The translations under genes and the position numbers were made by a program. Shown piece by piece: positions 25,148-38,189 of a DNA stretch of 56,875 nucleotides (position 1 is the first letter of the stretch; every line of letters starts with the position of its first letter). The notes beneath the pieces are model-generated. The model made no database searches. It was not told where the DNA came from and saw only the letters and a list, made by a program, of their open reading frames with translations. The DNA is from Girardia tigrina (taxonomy: Eukaryota): positions 1 to 56,875 of the forward strand of contig MQRK01254813.1 in assembly GCA_001938485.1 (NCBI GenBank), in the 5' to 3' direction.

Positions 25148-25765
25148 TGTTGGGTATTACAATTAAATCTAGTGTCTATCTTTATTTATTTTAAACTACT
25201 GATCTGACTCCAAATGACCAAAAGGTTTCTTCCAACAATAATATATGAAGAATGAACAAAACCTTTAAATAATAATTTTTTCTGCAAACAACAATTGAAG
25301 TACAAATATAAATTCAACTCTATTAGTACGCTACAACTCAAAGATCACATTTCGATCAAACAGTTACAACAACTTCTTAGTTCGAGCGATGCTAGAATGA
25401 TTTATTTAAAACTTAACTTCTCCTTTACAGGATACTAAAAACTTTTTCTATTATTTCTTTATTTAAAAAAAACGATAATAAAAGAAATTAACAAACAAGT
25501 TTACCGCACATATAATTCAAAGTCAATTTTCTTTTGAGTTATCAATTGAGAGTCTGTAACTGAAATAACTATTGCTTATATACTAGTTTTTCCTAACCTT
25601 GAAAATTGAATAACAAAAACAAATCTCAAAATATTTACAAATATTTTATAAATTTTATTAAAATAACTATTATAATAATCAAAAATTATTAATTTTAACC
25701 AGCGAATTATTTTAAATTTTTTATTAAATTTTAAAATTTAATTTACATTTTTCGGAACCCCAACA
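25148..25765 (-). repeat. 5' LTR of the env-bearing element
   Basis: Perfect TGTTGGG...CCCAACA termini adjacent to the PBS. Confidence 0.7.
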
Positions 25766-26371
25766 TATTTAGGAATCGGAAGCTTGAAGGTAATCGTAAT
25801 TTTTTTACTTATTGCTGCTGGAACACAACATTAGAGTAACATTAGACAAATTTCGTACAGCTACACGAATTAGAAAACAATTAAAAGAAGAAAATACTGA
25901 AGAATACAAACAAATCATTAAAATTAGGTATTAAACGTTTCGCATTAATAATTTTTTTAGTTTTATTTTGGCGGTTAATGGTTAACCCATTAACAGAATT
26001 TTCTTTGATTATGGCAATAAGCTACATTTTTTTATTTCTTTTTATTATTCTTTTTTGAAAATGTATTTATTTATTTATATTCTTTTTTTAACCTTTTTAT
26101 TTGTAAAAATCATTTATTAAAAAACGAAATAATAAAACTCTCTGGAGCGGAAAATTGAATGATTGACCGAACATTTTGCTAGTTTGGGAAAGAATATATA
26201 ATGTAAATAAATTAAATAAATAATAAATAAGTTTAAGTAAATTAAAACAATTAAATAAAGTTTAAAGTAATTAAAAAAGTTAAAATAAATAAATAAAATT
26301 AAAAAAAATAAATTAATTAAATTAATCGCGAGATATTTCAAAGTAATCGCTATTCTTTTTATCATCAATTA

Positions 26372-28679
26372 CACTATTCTACATTTTTTCAATTCAAAAT
26401 TTTTTCTGAGACTGTTTGAGTCGTATCCTACTCAGTTTTTCACGCTGATTTCAGAACTGTTTACCGTTATTTTCTATGACGTCCAGTTTCAGAGATAAAG
26501 CCTAATATTGTTTTCTGTAAATGTATTCCTCAAGTGACCCAACGTAAACTGCAACATCAAGTTTGATACAGAGAGTTTCATATAAATTACATCATATTNN
26601 NNNNNNNNNNNNNNNNNNNNNNNNNNNNNNNNNNNNNNNNNNNNNNNNNNNNNNNNNNNNNNNNNNATACTGAGCGTCTGGTGAAATCGCTCACCATGCT
26701 CATCGCTAATATTTCCCAAATCTGAAGGGAAAAAATCCAGATGGCTTCTCAAGAAGTGAATCTTCAATGACATGTTCACCCCCATGTCTCTGAAGGCAGC
26801 AAGCATCTCGTTTATGACATCCTTGTAGTCATTTGAGCGGTGTTTCCCTGCAAAAGAAAGTAAGAATATTAAAAATCCAAAGCAAAACTATTTATTTTGC
26901 ATATTGGCACTAACCCAGAAAGTTTCTCACGGTCTTGATCACTGCCTCCCAAGCGCGGCATTCAACGGGATTTAAAGCATTCTTGAACTCTTCATGTTTC
27001 ATCAGTCTACATATGTCAGGTCCAACAAAGACACCCTNNNNNNNNNNNNNNNNNNNNNNNNNNNNNNNNNNNNNNNNNNNNNNNNNNNNNNNNNNNNNNN
27101 NNNNNNNNNNNNNNNNNNNNNNNNNNNNNNNNNNNNNNNNNNNNNNNNNNNNNNNNNNNNNNNNNNNNNNNNNNNNNNNNNNNNNNNNNNNNNNNNNGAT
27201 ATTTGTTTGTCCAGGTGTTCTGTTCACTCTTGGTGGCCACTGAGCTCTGTCATAGTGTTCTGCTCGGGCCCGGCTGTCCCATAAACACAAGAAACAACAA
27301 TACTTCGTGTAACCAGTCTGCAAACCAGTGAGGATGCCAATCATCTTAAAATCGCCACCCACCATCCATTGATACTCTTCATAGCGCAGTAACTGGAAAA
27401 GGTATTTCATTACCTCGTACGATTCTTTGGCTTCTCNNNNNNNNNNNNNNNNNNNNNNNNNNNNNNNNNNNNNNNNNNNNNNNNNNNNNNNNNNNNNNNN
27501 NNNNNNNNNNNNNNNNNNNNNNNNNNNNNNNNNNNNNNNNNNNNNNNNNNNNNNNNNNNNNNNNNNNNNNNNNNNNNNNNNNNNNNNNNNNNNNNNNNNN
27601 NNNNNNNNNNNNNNNNNNNNNNNNNNNNNNNNNNNNNNNNNNNNNNNNNNNNNNNNNNNNNNNNNNNNNNNNNNNNNNNNNNNNNNNNNNNNNNNNNNNN
27701 NNNNNNNNNNNNNNNNNNNNNNNNNNNNNNNNNNNNNNNNNNNNNNNNNNNNNNNNNNNNNNNNNNNNNNNNNNNNNNNNNNNNNNNNNNNNNNNNNNNN
27801 NNNNNNNNNNNNNNNNNNNNNNNNNNNNNNNNNNNNNNNNNNNNNNNNNNNNNNNNNNNNNNNNNNNNNNNNNNNNNNNNNNNNNNNNNNNNNNNNNNNN
27901 NNNNNNNNNNNNNNNNNNNNNNNNNNNNNNNNNNNNNNNNNNNNNNNNNNNNNNNNNNNNNNNNNNNNNNNNNNNNNNNNNNNNNNNNNNNNNNNNNNNN
28001 NNNNNNNNNNNNNNNNNNNNNNNNNNNNNNNNNNNNNNNNNNNNNNNNNNNNNNNNNNNNNNNNNNNNNNNNNNNNNNNNNNNNNNNNNNNNNNNNNNNN
28101 NNNNNNNNNNNNNNNNNNNNNNNNNNNNNNNNNNNNNNNNNNNNNNNNNNNNNNNNNNNNNNNNNNNNNNNNNNNNNNNNNNNNNNNNNNNNNNNNNAGT
28201 ACCGCTCTTTGATGAGTGGGGTAATCTGCATCCTCATATCAGTAAATACATATTCTCCACAAATATAGCAGAAGTGGTTAGGATCATTTAAACATCGTCT
28301 TCTTTGCGACATTTCCCAGGAATAAAAAAATAAAATATTCAAATTTCCCTGCAATACAATAGTAATCATAGTAATAATAATAACTAACTAACTAACATAT
28401 ACTTAAATCAATTCTTAATATTAATTATTATTTATTGTTGTCATTATAAAACCATAGATATGAAAGTGCTTTTTTAATTGCAGTCAGGATTTCCATAGAC
28501 ATCCTGAAGATATGTGAGGTCTATGGAGTTTTCAAAAAGCTAATGAAACTTGAACTGTGACTAATCTAAAAATCTGGACGTGATGGAGGAAAATGGCTAG
28601 TATATTTGAAATCAGCATCAAAAACAACATAGAAGTAGCCTATTGCCGTACGAGAAAAAAAAATTGATGTAGAGTAGTG
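26372..28679 (-). mobile_element. Chapaev3-type DNA transposon (much of the interior is N)
   Basis: TIR CACTATTCTACA / CACTACTCTACA with TTA TSD. Transposase motifs FCYICGE, GLQTGYTKYCCFLCLWDSR and MSLKIHFLRSHLDFFP..SDEHGERFHQ. 67-nt GT-AG intron at 26848-26914. Confidence 0.85.
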
Positions 28680-30111
28680 TTATAATAAAACTCTGTAGAA
28701 CACATTCCGAATAAATATCGCACAACAATAAACATTTTTGTTGTTTGCGAACTTAAATTGTTTGATATATTACAATTACTTTAACAAAAGTGTATTAATT
28801 GATGATAAAAATTCAAATTGTCTCTCAACGATATTCACGAAAACTAATACCGATGATATAATCGTTTCTAAATTAATTCAGTCGATTAAAACAAATTTTC
28901 TCGAACAAATTTCAAAGGATCCTTATCAAAATCGATCGCTTAAATAATTAAGGAAAATCAATTGAATGAGTTCTCGATATGTGTATGTGTGTGAATGTAA
29001 ATGTGTGTTGTGGTATAGAAAATATTAATTATGATTTCGCGTGTGTTTTAATGTAATTAATGTGTGAATGTGATTGGATATGTGTATGTAAATATGAAAT
29101 TGCTAATGTGATTAGTGTTTGTGTGTGAATGCCTTGTAACAAAAAATGTCGTCATAATTGGCAATTTGTGGTAAAAAATGTCTCAATTTGTGAAAGGAAA
29201 AAAAATTTTGTGTTCATTTAATAAAAAATTTTGAAAAGAAATTATCTCGATTCTCCTTGTTTAAATTAAAAAAAAATATAAAAAAAGTACTTTCCAAATT
29301 AAACGAATTGGGTTTCATAAATCGACAGTTTGACAAAGTCTTATGATAAAACGTTTGAATTAAATCCAATAAAAGATTCAAATATCGTTAGTGAATTTAA
29401 AAACGACATTTCGATTTTACTGACAATAAATAGAATTTTCCTGAATCGCATCTACTGTAATTATAATCAAGATGATAAAAATTGCCCGGAGACAATTCAA
29501 TCGATTTGTAATTATTTAATCAAACTCGTTGTGTTTTCTAATCGAAATGTGGCATTAATAGCAATAAAAATTATGCCTTCGTCTTTATTTGCGTATCTTT
29601 CCATTTGTTCGACAATCGTGGGTTTTGAATTAATGTGGAGGCACGGTTTTCAAGTATCAACTCTCTTTTAACGCAACATTTACAATTATGTAAACAGAAA
29701 AGATAAATCTTGATACAAATTCATTAATACCAATTGCGAATGTAATTCGGAAATCTTTTCTTCAAATCGGAAATCACGTAATTCTTTGACTTTATTTCTT
29801 CGATAATTAGACGCATTTTTTCGCAGTTTTCTTCAACGTCATTTTTGTATTTATCAATTTATTTTGTCATTTGTTCAAGACCGAGTGATTTTTAGTTAAT
29901 GTCCTGTTATTAATGTTTGGTGATCAATAAGATCTTGAGTCCGGCAATTCTGTTGCTTCTAATTCCATATTATTAATAGTTTCTTAAGATTTTATCAAAT
30001 GGTTTTTCGTTTCTTCTAATTCAACAGATTATTCTTGGCTTTTCTCAATTGACAAGTTATTTTCTTTTTTTCAGATTCGAATTCAAGAATTTTTTATTGA
30101 AATTTCCCCGT

Positions 30112-30210
30112 TGTGAGGAATTTTTTGAATTTTTGATATTTTGTGTTTCAATGTTGTACGTTGATTGTGTCTTTCCTATTCAGATGGTTCATTAATATTT
30201 GAATTCTTAT
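30112..30210 (+). repeat. 'TGTGAG' LTR head
   Basis: TGTGAGGAAT, a GT-rich tract, then TTCCTATTCAGATGG. Confidence 0.65.
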
Positions 30211-32074
30211 TATCTGAAAATATACAATGTTTAAATTTGTTTCTAATCTAAAATAATTGTAAAATTTTAAATAAGTAAATTAATTTTATTTAAAAATTTT
30301 TAAAGAAATAAATTGAATTAATATTTTTTAAATAATTAATAATCATTTTAATTTTTTTAACTAATAATATTTTGAATAAGTTATTTGACAATTTATTTAA
30401 ATCTTCATTTATTCAGATAATAAGATTAAAGTCATTAATTAATCAGACGGATGCAATCTTACGAGAGCTTTTACGAAGATTGTCCCGAGGACAATCAAAC
30501 TTGTTGTAATAATAAAAATATTAAAAGTCATACTGGTGTTCTTAATAATCGTGATTTCCGAATGAGTCTCGAGATCGCGTTTTTTCTTCTTCTTTAATTA
30601 AGAGTTCTTTTTGCAGTTGTTCCAGTTCAAATAAAAGAGCTGCCTTTTCGTATAGTTTTATTTCGTAAAATTTTGCGAATTTTAATTCTAACGATCTGTT
30701 TTTTTGACGAACTGATTCATTGTCATGTGGACTTTCAAATGAAAGTTTTTAACCAAAACAACTTCTGATTGTAATTAATCTTTTGTTTCTTCAATTCGTT
30801 GCAATTGATTGTCCAACTCATTTTTGCTGGCTTTTGCCGAGCTTAATTTTTTTGCAATTGTTCCGACTTATATTCCGAATTTTGCTGCTTTGCCTTTTCT
30901 TTACAATTCTCTACGTACTGGATTTGGCGCCTGTGGAAATCTGTAATGTGGGGAAGAAAGCGAATCTTAGCGGTAAAAAAATATTTGTAGTAATTTGATG
31001 GCGTTTGAGAGTTGTAGTGGCAGCCATCACACCCGCGCAAGACGTGGATCGATACGGTCGAGAAGAAAGTCGCAGGACTATGAGTGGTGTAGTGGAATTT
31101 CATTAATTGGTCAATCAATTTGATTTATTGATCGATTTATGTATTATTAAAACAATCGATTAAATCCAAATATTGCATATCGATTTAAAAATCGCAAAAA
31201 AATCGAGAATAAGAGAGAATATCCATGATTTATTGAAAAAAAATATATTTTATAAAAAAATATCTAATCATTTCGAATTTGCACAATCACTTTGTGAATA
31301 TTTAAACAATTGTTTCGGGTCAATATTGTTTTATTAACTATATACATAAGAATAGTTAATTTTCTTTTTTTATAGATACGTAAAATGCGATTTTATTTTA
31401 ATAATAACAATAGTATTTTTATGTTAATAATGATTTTTTTCTTCTTAGATTTTTTATGTAATATAAAGTGGTCACTACAGCGCCCATTTTAATTTCCTAT
31501 TCTCTAATTATTCCGTTAATTTATTTATCTCATCATCTTTCATTTTCACTTTTCGAGTCCGTCTGTTACTTATGGTTTGTAATTGCATTTTAAGTTCACA
31601 TATTTGTTCCTCATAATCGTTTTTGGCTTTCTTACTAGATTTCAAGTGTTTGAAGAAATCTTTAATTTTTCTGAGCATTCTTCAAGAGATTTGAAGCTTT
31701 TTCCTGTTAATTCATTATTGTATTGTAGAGTTTCCTTAAACGAGTAGCAGCCTGAATCACTCATAAATACACACGGAAAAAGTTCGAATTTCACTCTTGA
31801 AATTCTCATAGAAAGACTCTGTTACTTGTGCTGATGATTCTGTCACATACAATTAAAGACTTTCCATGCAAAGCAATTGATGGTTGTCGTTCTGCATATA
31901 TATATATATATATACATATATATATAACATTGAAGTAGATATATCGTTCATTATTTTTTTAAATTAACGAGCAGGCATAAAACTTGTGTCAACGATTCTT
32001 TACTATTGATACTTATTATAAATATATAAACTAAAAAAATTTAAAATTATTTCTTCAAATTACTCAAGTAAATT

Positions 32075-32520
32075 AATTAATCCCTTGATCATTTTATTTA
32101 CAAGATCCATTGTTTATTACAAGAAACATTGTGACAGAGACGCATACGGAAAATGTAAAACTTCTATGCTATCTATGTAAGTAAATATTTAATTATAAAA
32201 GATATATTCCCATGGCACATAATGTCTTTGGTCATCGTAAAAATAAAACAACGATTCCTTTACCCATAAATTATAATTTCAATCATCATTACACAAGTGA
32301 ATAAATTAATCCCTTGAACATTTTATTTACTAGATCCATTGTTTATTACAAGAAACATTGTGATAGGGATGCATACGGAAAATGTAAAACTTCTATGCTA
32401 TCTGTGTAAGTAAATATTTAATTATAAAAGATATATTCCCATTGCACATAATGTCATTGGTCATTGTAAAAATAAAACAACGATTCCTTTACCCATAAAT
32501 TATAATTTCCATCATCATTA
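32075..32520 (+). repeat. Tandem duplication of about 229 bp abutting the lectin ATG
   Basis: Near-identical copies at about 32075-32291 and 32304-32520. Confidence 0.9.
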
Positions 32521-33294
32521 ATGGAACTAATATTTGCATTAGTTCTATTAAGTTTATATTTTTATCCATCAATCGCTCCTGCTTGTCCGACNTCATTTCA
32601 AGCTTGTGGAAATATTTGTATTTATGTTTTTCCTAAAGCTTTAACTTTTTGCGACTCGAATGCCTTTTGCATTGGGATGGGGGCCCGATTAGCTATTGAG
32701 AAAGATCTCCCATCAATTTTCAATTGCAATATTTTACAAAATGACACGTCTTATGGAATAGGAATGGCCGATTTATTGAATGAGAGGTATCAGAATAAAA
32801 CTGGCTGGATATTTTCGGATGGATCACAAATACAAAATGTGACCTATTGGTTTAAAGCGGAACCTAAAAACAATGACGGTTTGGCAGACTGTGTTATGAC
32901 ATTATCATTAAGATTATCTAACGTTCCATGTATCGGCGGAAAACGACCATTTATTTGTGTAGCTGACACAAGTCTAAATGCATCATATAAAAAAATTGTA
33001 AAAGCTTTGGCACCAATATTCAATAATGATGATGAAGAAGGATGTTACGATTCAGTGAAGATAAACAGCGCCTTTGCCGATAGACACGTTGAATGTGCAT
33101 CTCTGTATGATTTAGTNNNNNNGTTATTTATTTATTTATTTATTTACAGAAGTCTCGAAAAGTCTTACTACAAATCTTTTTACTTTGATTCTATTCAGAA
33201 CGAGTGTATCATGGTCAAATATATCGACAGTTCCTTACCTAAATCGTGGGACACAACCGCAAGTAACTGGTCCAGATATGCGATAGCGCCGTGA
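32521..33294 (+). CDS. Secreted C-type lectin domain protein with a C-terminal PAN/apple-like segment
   Basis: Signal peptide, CIYVF..LTFCDSNAFC..GARLA, GWIFSDG, WFKAEPKN, DCV, C..RPFIC. Probable short intron at about 33105-33149 (GTATGA..TTTACAG). Confidence 0.75.
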   Translation: MELIFALVLLSLYFYPSIAPACPXSFQACGNICIYVFPKALTFCDSNAFCIGMGARLAIEKDLPSIFNCNILQNDTSYGIGMADLLNERYQNKTGWIFSDGSQIQNVTYWFKAEPKNNDGLADCVMTLSLRLSNVPCIGGKRPFICVADTSLNASYKKIVKALAPIFNNDDEEGCYDSVKINSAFADRHVECASLYDLXXXLFIYLFIYRSLEKSYYKSFYFDSIQNECIMVKYIDSSLPKSWDTTASNWSRYAIAP

Positions 33295-33615
33295 TATCTT
33301 TCATTAACAATTTGTAAACTTTGAGTTATGTTCATTTCCTTTTGGTTTTTCCTTTGATTTATCTCCCTTCTTTTATTACATCTGTTTTATTCATTCTGTC
33401 ATATTTTAATTAAACTACTTGCTTTATTGTTAAATTTAATATATATAAATAAAGAACATAGATAAAAGTTATACTGTTCGGGATTCAAATATTTAAATTA
33501 TTACATTTCAAAATTCAATTATTATCATTATTTATAAAATCGAAAAGAAAGAAGCCCNNNNNNNNNNNNNNNNNNNNNNNNNNNNNNNNNNNNNNNNNNN
33601 NNNNNNNNTTATATA

Positions 33616-34380
33616 TTGGGTTGTTGCATAAGTTCCCGCCGTTTTTAAAATAATTATTTTCAAAGAAGTCAAAGAATTTTAACAACCCAAATAATGACTC
33701 AGTTAATTATATATTTAATGAAATCATAATATTTTAACATCAAAAATAATAACACTTCAATCAATTATGTACTCTCCTTCATTGTTCACTACTTCTTCCC
33801 ATCTTTCCTCCAGTTTGTTTATTCCATTTGGCCAGAAATCTTTAGGTCGAGTCTCGAACAAGTTGTTGAGCCAATTCTTAAGATGTTCCTGATTGTCGAA
33901 GCTAAGACTCCTCATTTCATTTGAAAGGCAGCGGAAGAGATGGTAATCCGTGAGGGTGAGGTCTGGGGAATAGGGAGGATGTTGAAAGACATCTCAACCG
34001 AGCTCTTGGAGTGCCGTCTTGACAGTTCTTGCGGTGTATGATCGAGCATTGTCATAGATGAGGATCACCTGGCGTTGTCGATCCGGTCGTTTTTGTTGAA
34101 TTGCCTCATTGACTCGATGCAATTGGGCTTTATAGAGATTCTTTCTACTGTCATGTTCTTTCCAAGCATTTCCCAGTGGATTAGACCTTCCCAATCCAAC
34201 CATACGCAAATCATAGTCCTCATCGGGTGCAGCTCTTTCTTGATCCTGGGCTTAGGCTTCTCTCACGGACTCACCCACTCTTTCATTTGCTTCATTTTCA
34301 CATAGATACACCATTTCTCGTCTCCAGTGACGATTCTGTATAAGAAACGTTGCTTGTGGCCATGGGTTCCTTGGTGTCGA
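33616..34380 (-). mobile_element. mariner (DD34D) remnant
   Basis: IVTGDEKW, DNARSY, HPPYSPDLTLTDYHLF. Terminus TA|TTGGGTTG. Confidence 0.9.
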
Positions 34381-34989
34381 TCTTCAAACGAAGCAGCCGT
34401 ATTTGCGGACAGAAAGAGGTAAAGAAACAAAAGTACAAGTGGTACAAACAATAATAAAACTAATGACGAAAATGAATGAATATTATTTATTTATCTGATT
34501 ATTATTATTTATTTACATTTCCCCTTTTTCGAGCTCAATGATAATCAGAATCGGTTTAAATGACAAAATCTTTTATTTGTTTTACCTTTATTTGCAGATA
34601 GATCAATATAACGTGTATACTAGGGTGCCAAAAAATATATATTGTAAAAAATAAGTCGAAGTTTTTAAGGACCTCACCCTCTAAATCTGTATAGATGAAA
34701 TATGCAGTTATTTTTTTCAACTGGACATTGAAGTAAGATGAATCAAACCGAGTGTTAAGATAACTTTTACTTTGTTATATTGCATAGTGGACTGGATANN
34801 NNNNNNNNNNNNNNNNNNNNNNNNNNNNNNNNNNNNNNNNNNNNNNNNNNNNNNNNNNNNNNNNNNNNNNNNNNNNNNNNNNNNNNNNNNNNNNNNNNNN
34901 NNNNNNNNNNNNNNNNNNNNNNNNNNNNNNNNNNNNNNNNNNNNNNNNNNNNNNNNNNNNNNNNNNNNNNNNNNNNNNNNNNNNNNNNN

Positions 34990-35772
34990 TTAATGCATTC
35001 AAAATGAAAAATGAGCGCACATCTTGCACTAAAATAGCTAATAAAATTATTACACCTTTCTCTAAAAGTACTGTGAGACGAAACTTAATCTCACTAGGTT
35101 ATAAATATCTACCTAGTGTATGTTCCATAATTTTAAGTGATGCTCAAAAAAAACAGCGCGTGAAAATGGTTAGAAGCTACATAACGCAGCGCATCGATTT
35201 TCATAAAGTAGTATTTACTGATGAATCTCGTTTTTCTTTTGACGGTAATGATAATTGTCATACCTGGTCAAAAAACTCACGACCTATTGTCAATAGGAGA
35301 CCTTACAAAGGAGGATCCATAATGGTATGGGGTGCTATGACTTATACAGGTCAATTACTACTGCGTATAATCGAAGGAAACTTAAACAGCGAGAAATATT
35401 GTGATCTTCTCAGAGATGATATTTTCCCTGTCTTAAAATCATCAATGGAGTCATTTATATTTCAACAAGACAACGCCCCGTGACACACAAGTAAATATAC
35501 GATCAGTACCATTGAGGAGGAAGGCGTTGAAATTTTAAAATGGCCAGCTTATAGTCCAGATATCAGTCCAATTGAGAAAATTTGGTTCATATTAAAGAAC
35601 AGAGTGTATGAAAATACTCAGTTTAAGGATAAACAGTCTCTTTGGTCCAAAATCGAAAGTGATGGAGAAAAGTTGACCACAAACGAACTAAATCTTTTTC
35701 CAAGGTTGTATGCAAGATTTTACGAAAATATGTGTGACATATTGTGCTCAAATGGTGAACTTATAAAATAAG
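34990..35772 (+). mobile_element. Tc1 (DD34E) transposase remnant
   Basis: VVFTDESRF, GGSIMVWG, FQQDNAP*H, WPAYSPDISPIE. Confidence 0.9.
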
Positions 35773-36975
35773 TGTATTTTATAATAATAAATGTCATTTA
35801 TTATTAAGTTGAGTGCCTTGAAGTATAGTGCAAAAATAATGAACCGTTTTTAATGTCCCAATTTTATGATAAAGATATTTCAAAGAAAAATATGTAAGTA
35901 AAGAAAAGGGTGAATATAACGTATAATAGACATTTAAATTAGCTATTGAATGACATATAACATTCCATATATAGCGTGATGCAATTAGATAATTTATCAA
36001 TTGCAAAAAAAATTGAATCGGGGTTTATATTGTCGTTTTCATTTATAATTAGGCTAAAAGTAATTTCATTGTAAATAGGTCTCAAATTGCGAATTTTCAG
36101 AGATTTTGGAAAATTGTTTATTGTTTTAACCATGGTAGTGAATCAGAGCAAGAGGCATTTGGCTTATTGGGTCGGTATCACAGAATGATTCAGGATTGGT
36201 AATACTTGCGCATCGATTGGCCCGCTGTTATTGAAAAATTTGTTTCAGTGCCGAAGCCATTATTACTACCGTTTTCTGGGGGCATATCAGGGGCTGTAGT
36301 AACTCGTATATTATGCTAAAATATATTTTAAAATATATATTAATACTAAAATTTTCTTTTTATTGTTGGGACCAGTGAGTTTTTCCTTCACGTCAGCCTC
36401 GGGCTTATTTATTGCACTGGCACACAGGCAGACGAAGGGAAAACTCCCAGAATCTAAAAAACTAAAAATAAAATATAATTTAAAATTAATTAATTGAAAA
36501 AGAGAAATTTTTAATTGGTTTTGACCCTAGGATCCTGTCGATTTGAATATTTTCTTGTGAGAATTTGATGGCCTGATTTTTTGACGTGGGTTTGATCGGA
36601 ATTTCGGCCATCTTCGAGTTTTTTCTCTCTGAGGACTGTTGACTTGTGATAGATGATTGAAGTTCGACTGTGAGAATTGTCTGCTTGCTGGTTCTGTGAG
36701 TTTTTGTGACGAAAGATTGGTATAAATTCGTCTGACTTTGTACACTCTACCAGAACTTTTGCCATCAAATATATTTTTTAAAAGAATTTGACTTGGTAAA
36801 TTTTACCTGTCGAGACTGTTGACGATCAGGCAATAAATATTTCTCGAGAAGATTTAAAGCTGCCGATCTGCATGACTTGTAGCGCTACGCTCAAACGGAA
36901 TCTGGACCACGTTATATATTATGACTGCCGCAGATCATGCACGACAGAATTCTTATAAATCCATATCTTGGTGTT

Positions 36976-37920
36976 AGTGAGAAATATTTTTGAATGGTGC
37001 TTATTGTGTGATGTTTGTTATGTGGTTTTAGGATTGTGTTTCTCCCACCAAGATAGAAGATTGATATTTTAAATATTTTAAAGCATCGAATTATTTATAC
37101 AATTTTAGAATTTAAATAACTAACTTTAAAATTAACTTAATATATCGTAAATATCTAAAATATTTTTTAAATAATTAAAATTATTTTGTAATTTAAACTA
37201 TAAATTATTTTGATATCGAATTGTAAATAAATTGTAATTTAAATTTGTTCAAATATATAAGGCGTTTAGAAATCGAATTAAATTTATCAATCAAGAACGA
37301 TGACTAGTTACATAAGTTTTGTGGAGAATTGTCCTAGTGATAATTCAAATTGTTATATCAATAAATGTATTGAAAATCAAATTAGCTTCGTTAAAAGAGT
37401 TGTCTATCGAAAGATTTCTCAGCAAGAAATGAGGTTCTGCCAGTTTTGTGGATAATTTATATGACTATAGGAAAGTAATTAAATTGGTTGTACGAGAACA
37501 AACCGTAGAGTCCGGGATTTCCAGTAAGATTGTTGAACGATCGACATTGAGTACAGGCTAATCTGTCATGAACAAATAATGAATGAATGAATTTAACAAT
37601 TCATTTCAAATGTCTGTAGGGGGTATTAATTTTGAATAATAAAAAGAAATAAGAAAATCATTCCCTTAAATGTAAGATTTTATAAAACTAACAAATACTA
37701 AATTATAATTGATGATGATGGAGTATGAAACTTCAAAACATGTACAATATTCAATTTCTTTGAGAAATATTCGTAGAATCGTTCCTTTTGTATCGGTAAT
37801 AGAAAAAGAATATTATGATTGTGAGGAATATTTTAAATTGTTTGAATGTGTAAATGTATTGATGTTGTACGTTGATTTAAGTATGTTGAATTTAGAATGG
37901 TGATTCTCCACCCAGATGGA
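36976..37920 (+). repeat. Two further 'TGTGAG' LTR heads (36976-37057 and 37820-37920)
   Basis: Same GTGAG.AATAT...TCTCC..C(C/A)AGAT architecture. Confidence 0.6.
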
Positions 37921-37939
37921 AATTGGTATTTTTGTCAAA

Positions 37940-38110
37940 TTACGTAATGTCAAGGCAACACTTTTGAAATGGTCTATCGCTACTGTAAAAATGCTGCTGA
38001 GGCGAATTTTGCAACAATCAGTATCAAGACATTTTACGATTCTTATCGTGTTCCGACTAGTGTAAATTTGTTCAAAATACCACTCCTCTTTTCTGATTTT
38101 CAAAAATCAC
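37940..38110 (-). mobile_element. Possible Zator-like transposase scrap
   Basis: W...IRIVKCLDTDCCKIRLSS resembles the LQIVKC..CC..RS motif as recalled from Zator-type proteins. Short and decayed. Confidence 0.3.
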
Positions 38111-38189
38111 AATTGTATTCAGAATTATCTGGATCAACGAACTCAGCATTTGTAGGATAATTCAATAATTTATTAATTTTATTTAATTC

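Larger units (their letters stand above)
18850..25765 (-). mobile_element. 3'-truncated Ty3/Gypsy-type element: LTR-PBS-gag-UBL-UBL-glycoprotein-protease
   Basis: All parts are on the minus strand and collinear. Frame continuity is restored across both nested insertions; see sub-features. Confidence 0.8.

Noticed and set aside
27427-28212. Long ORFs across N runs (also 34772-35029)
   Set aside because: Artefacts of unknown bases.
31000-31090. RTE-LINE C-terminus-like peptide (HPRKTWIDTVEK)
   Set aside because: Too short, flanked by stops, and no RT nearby.
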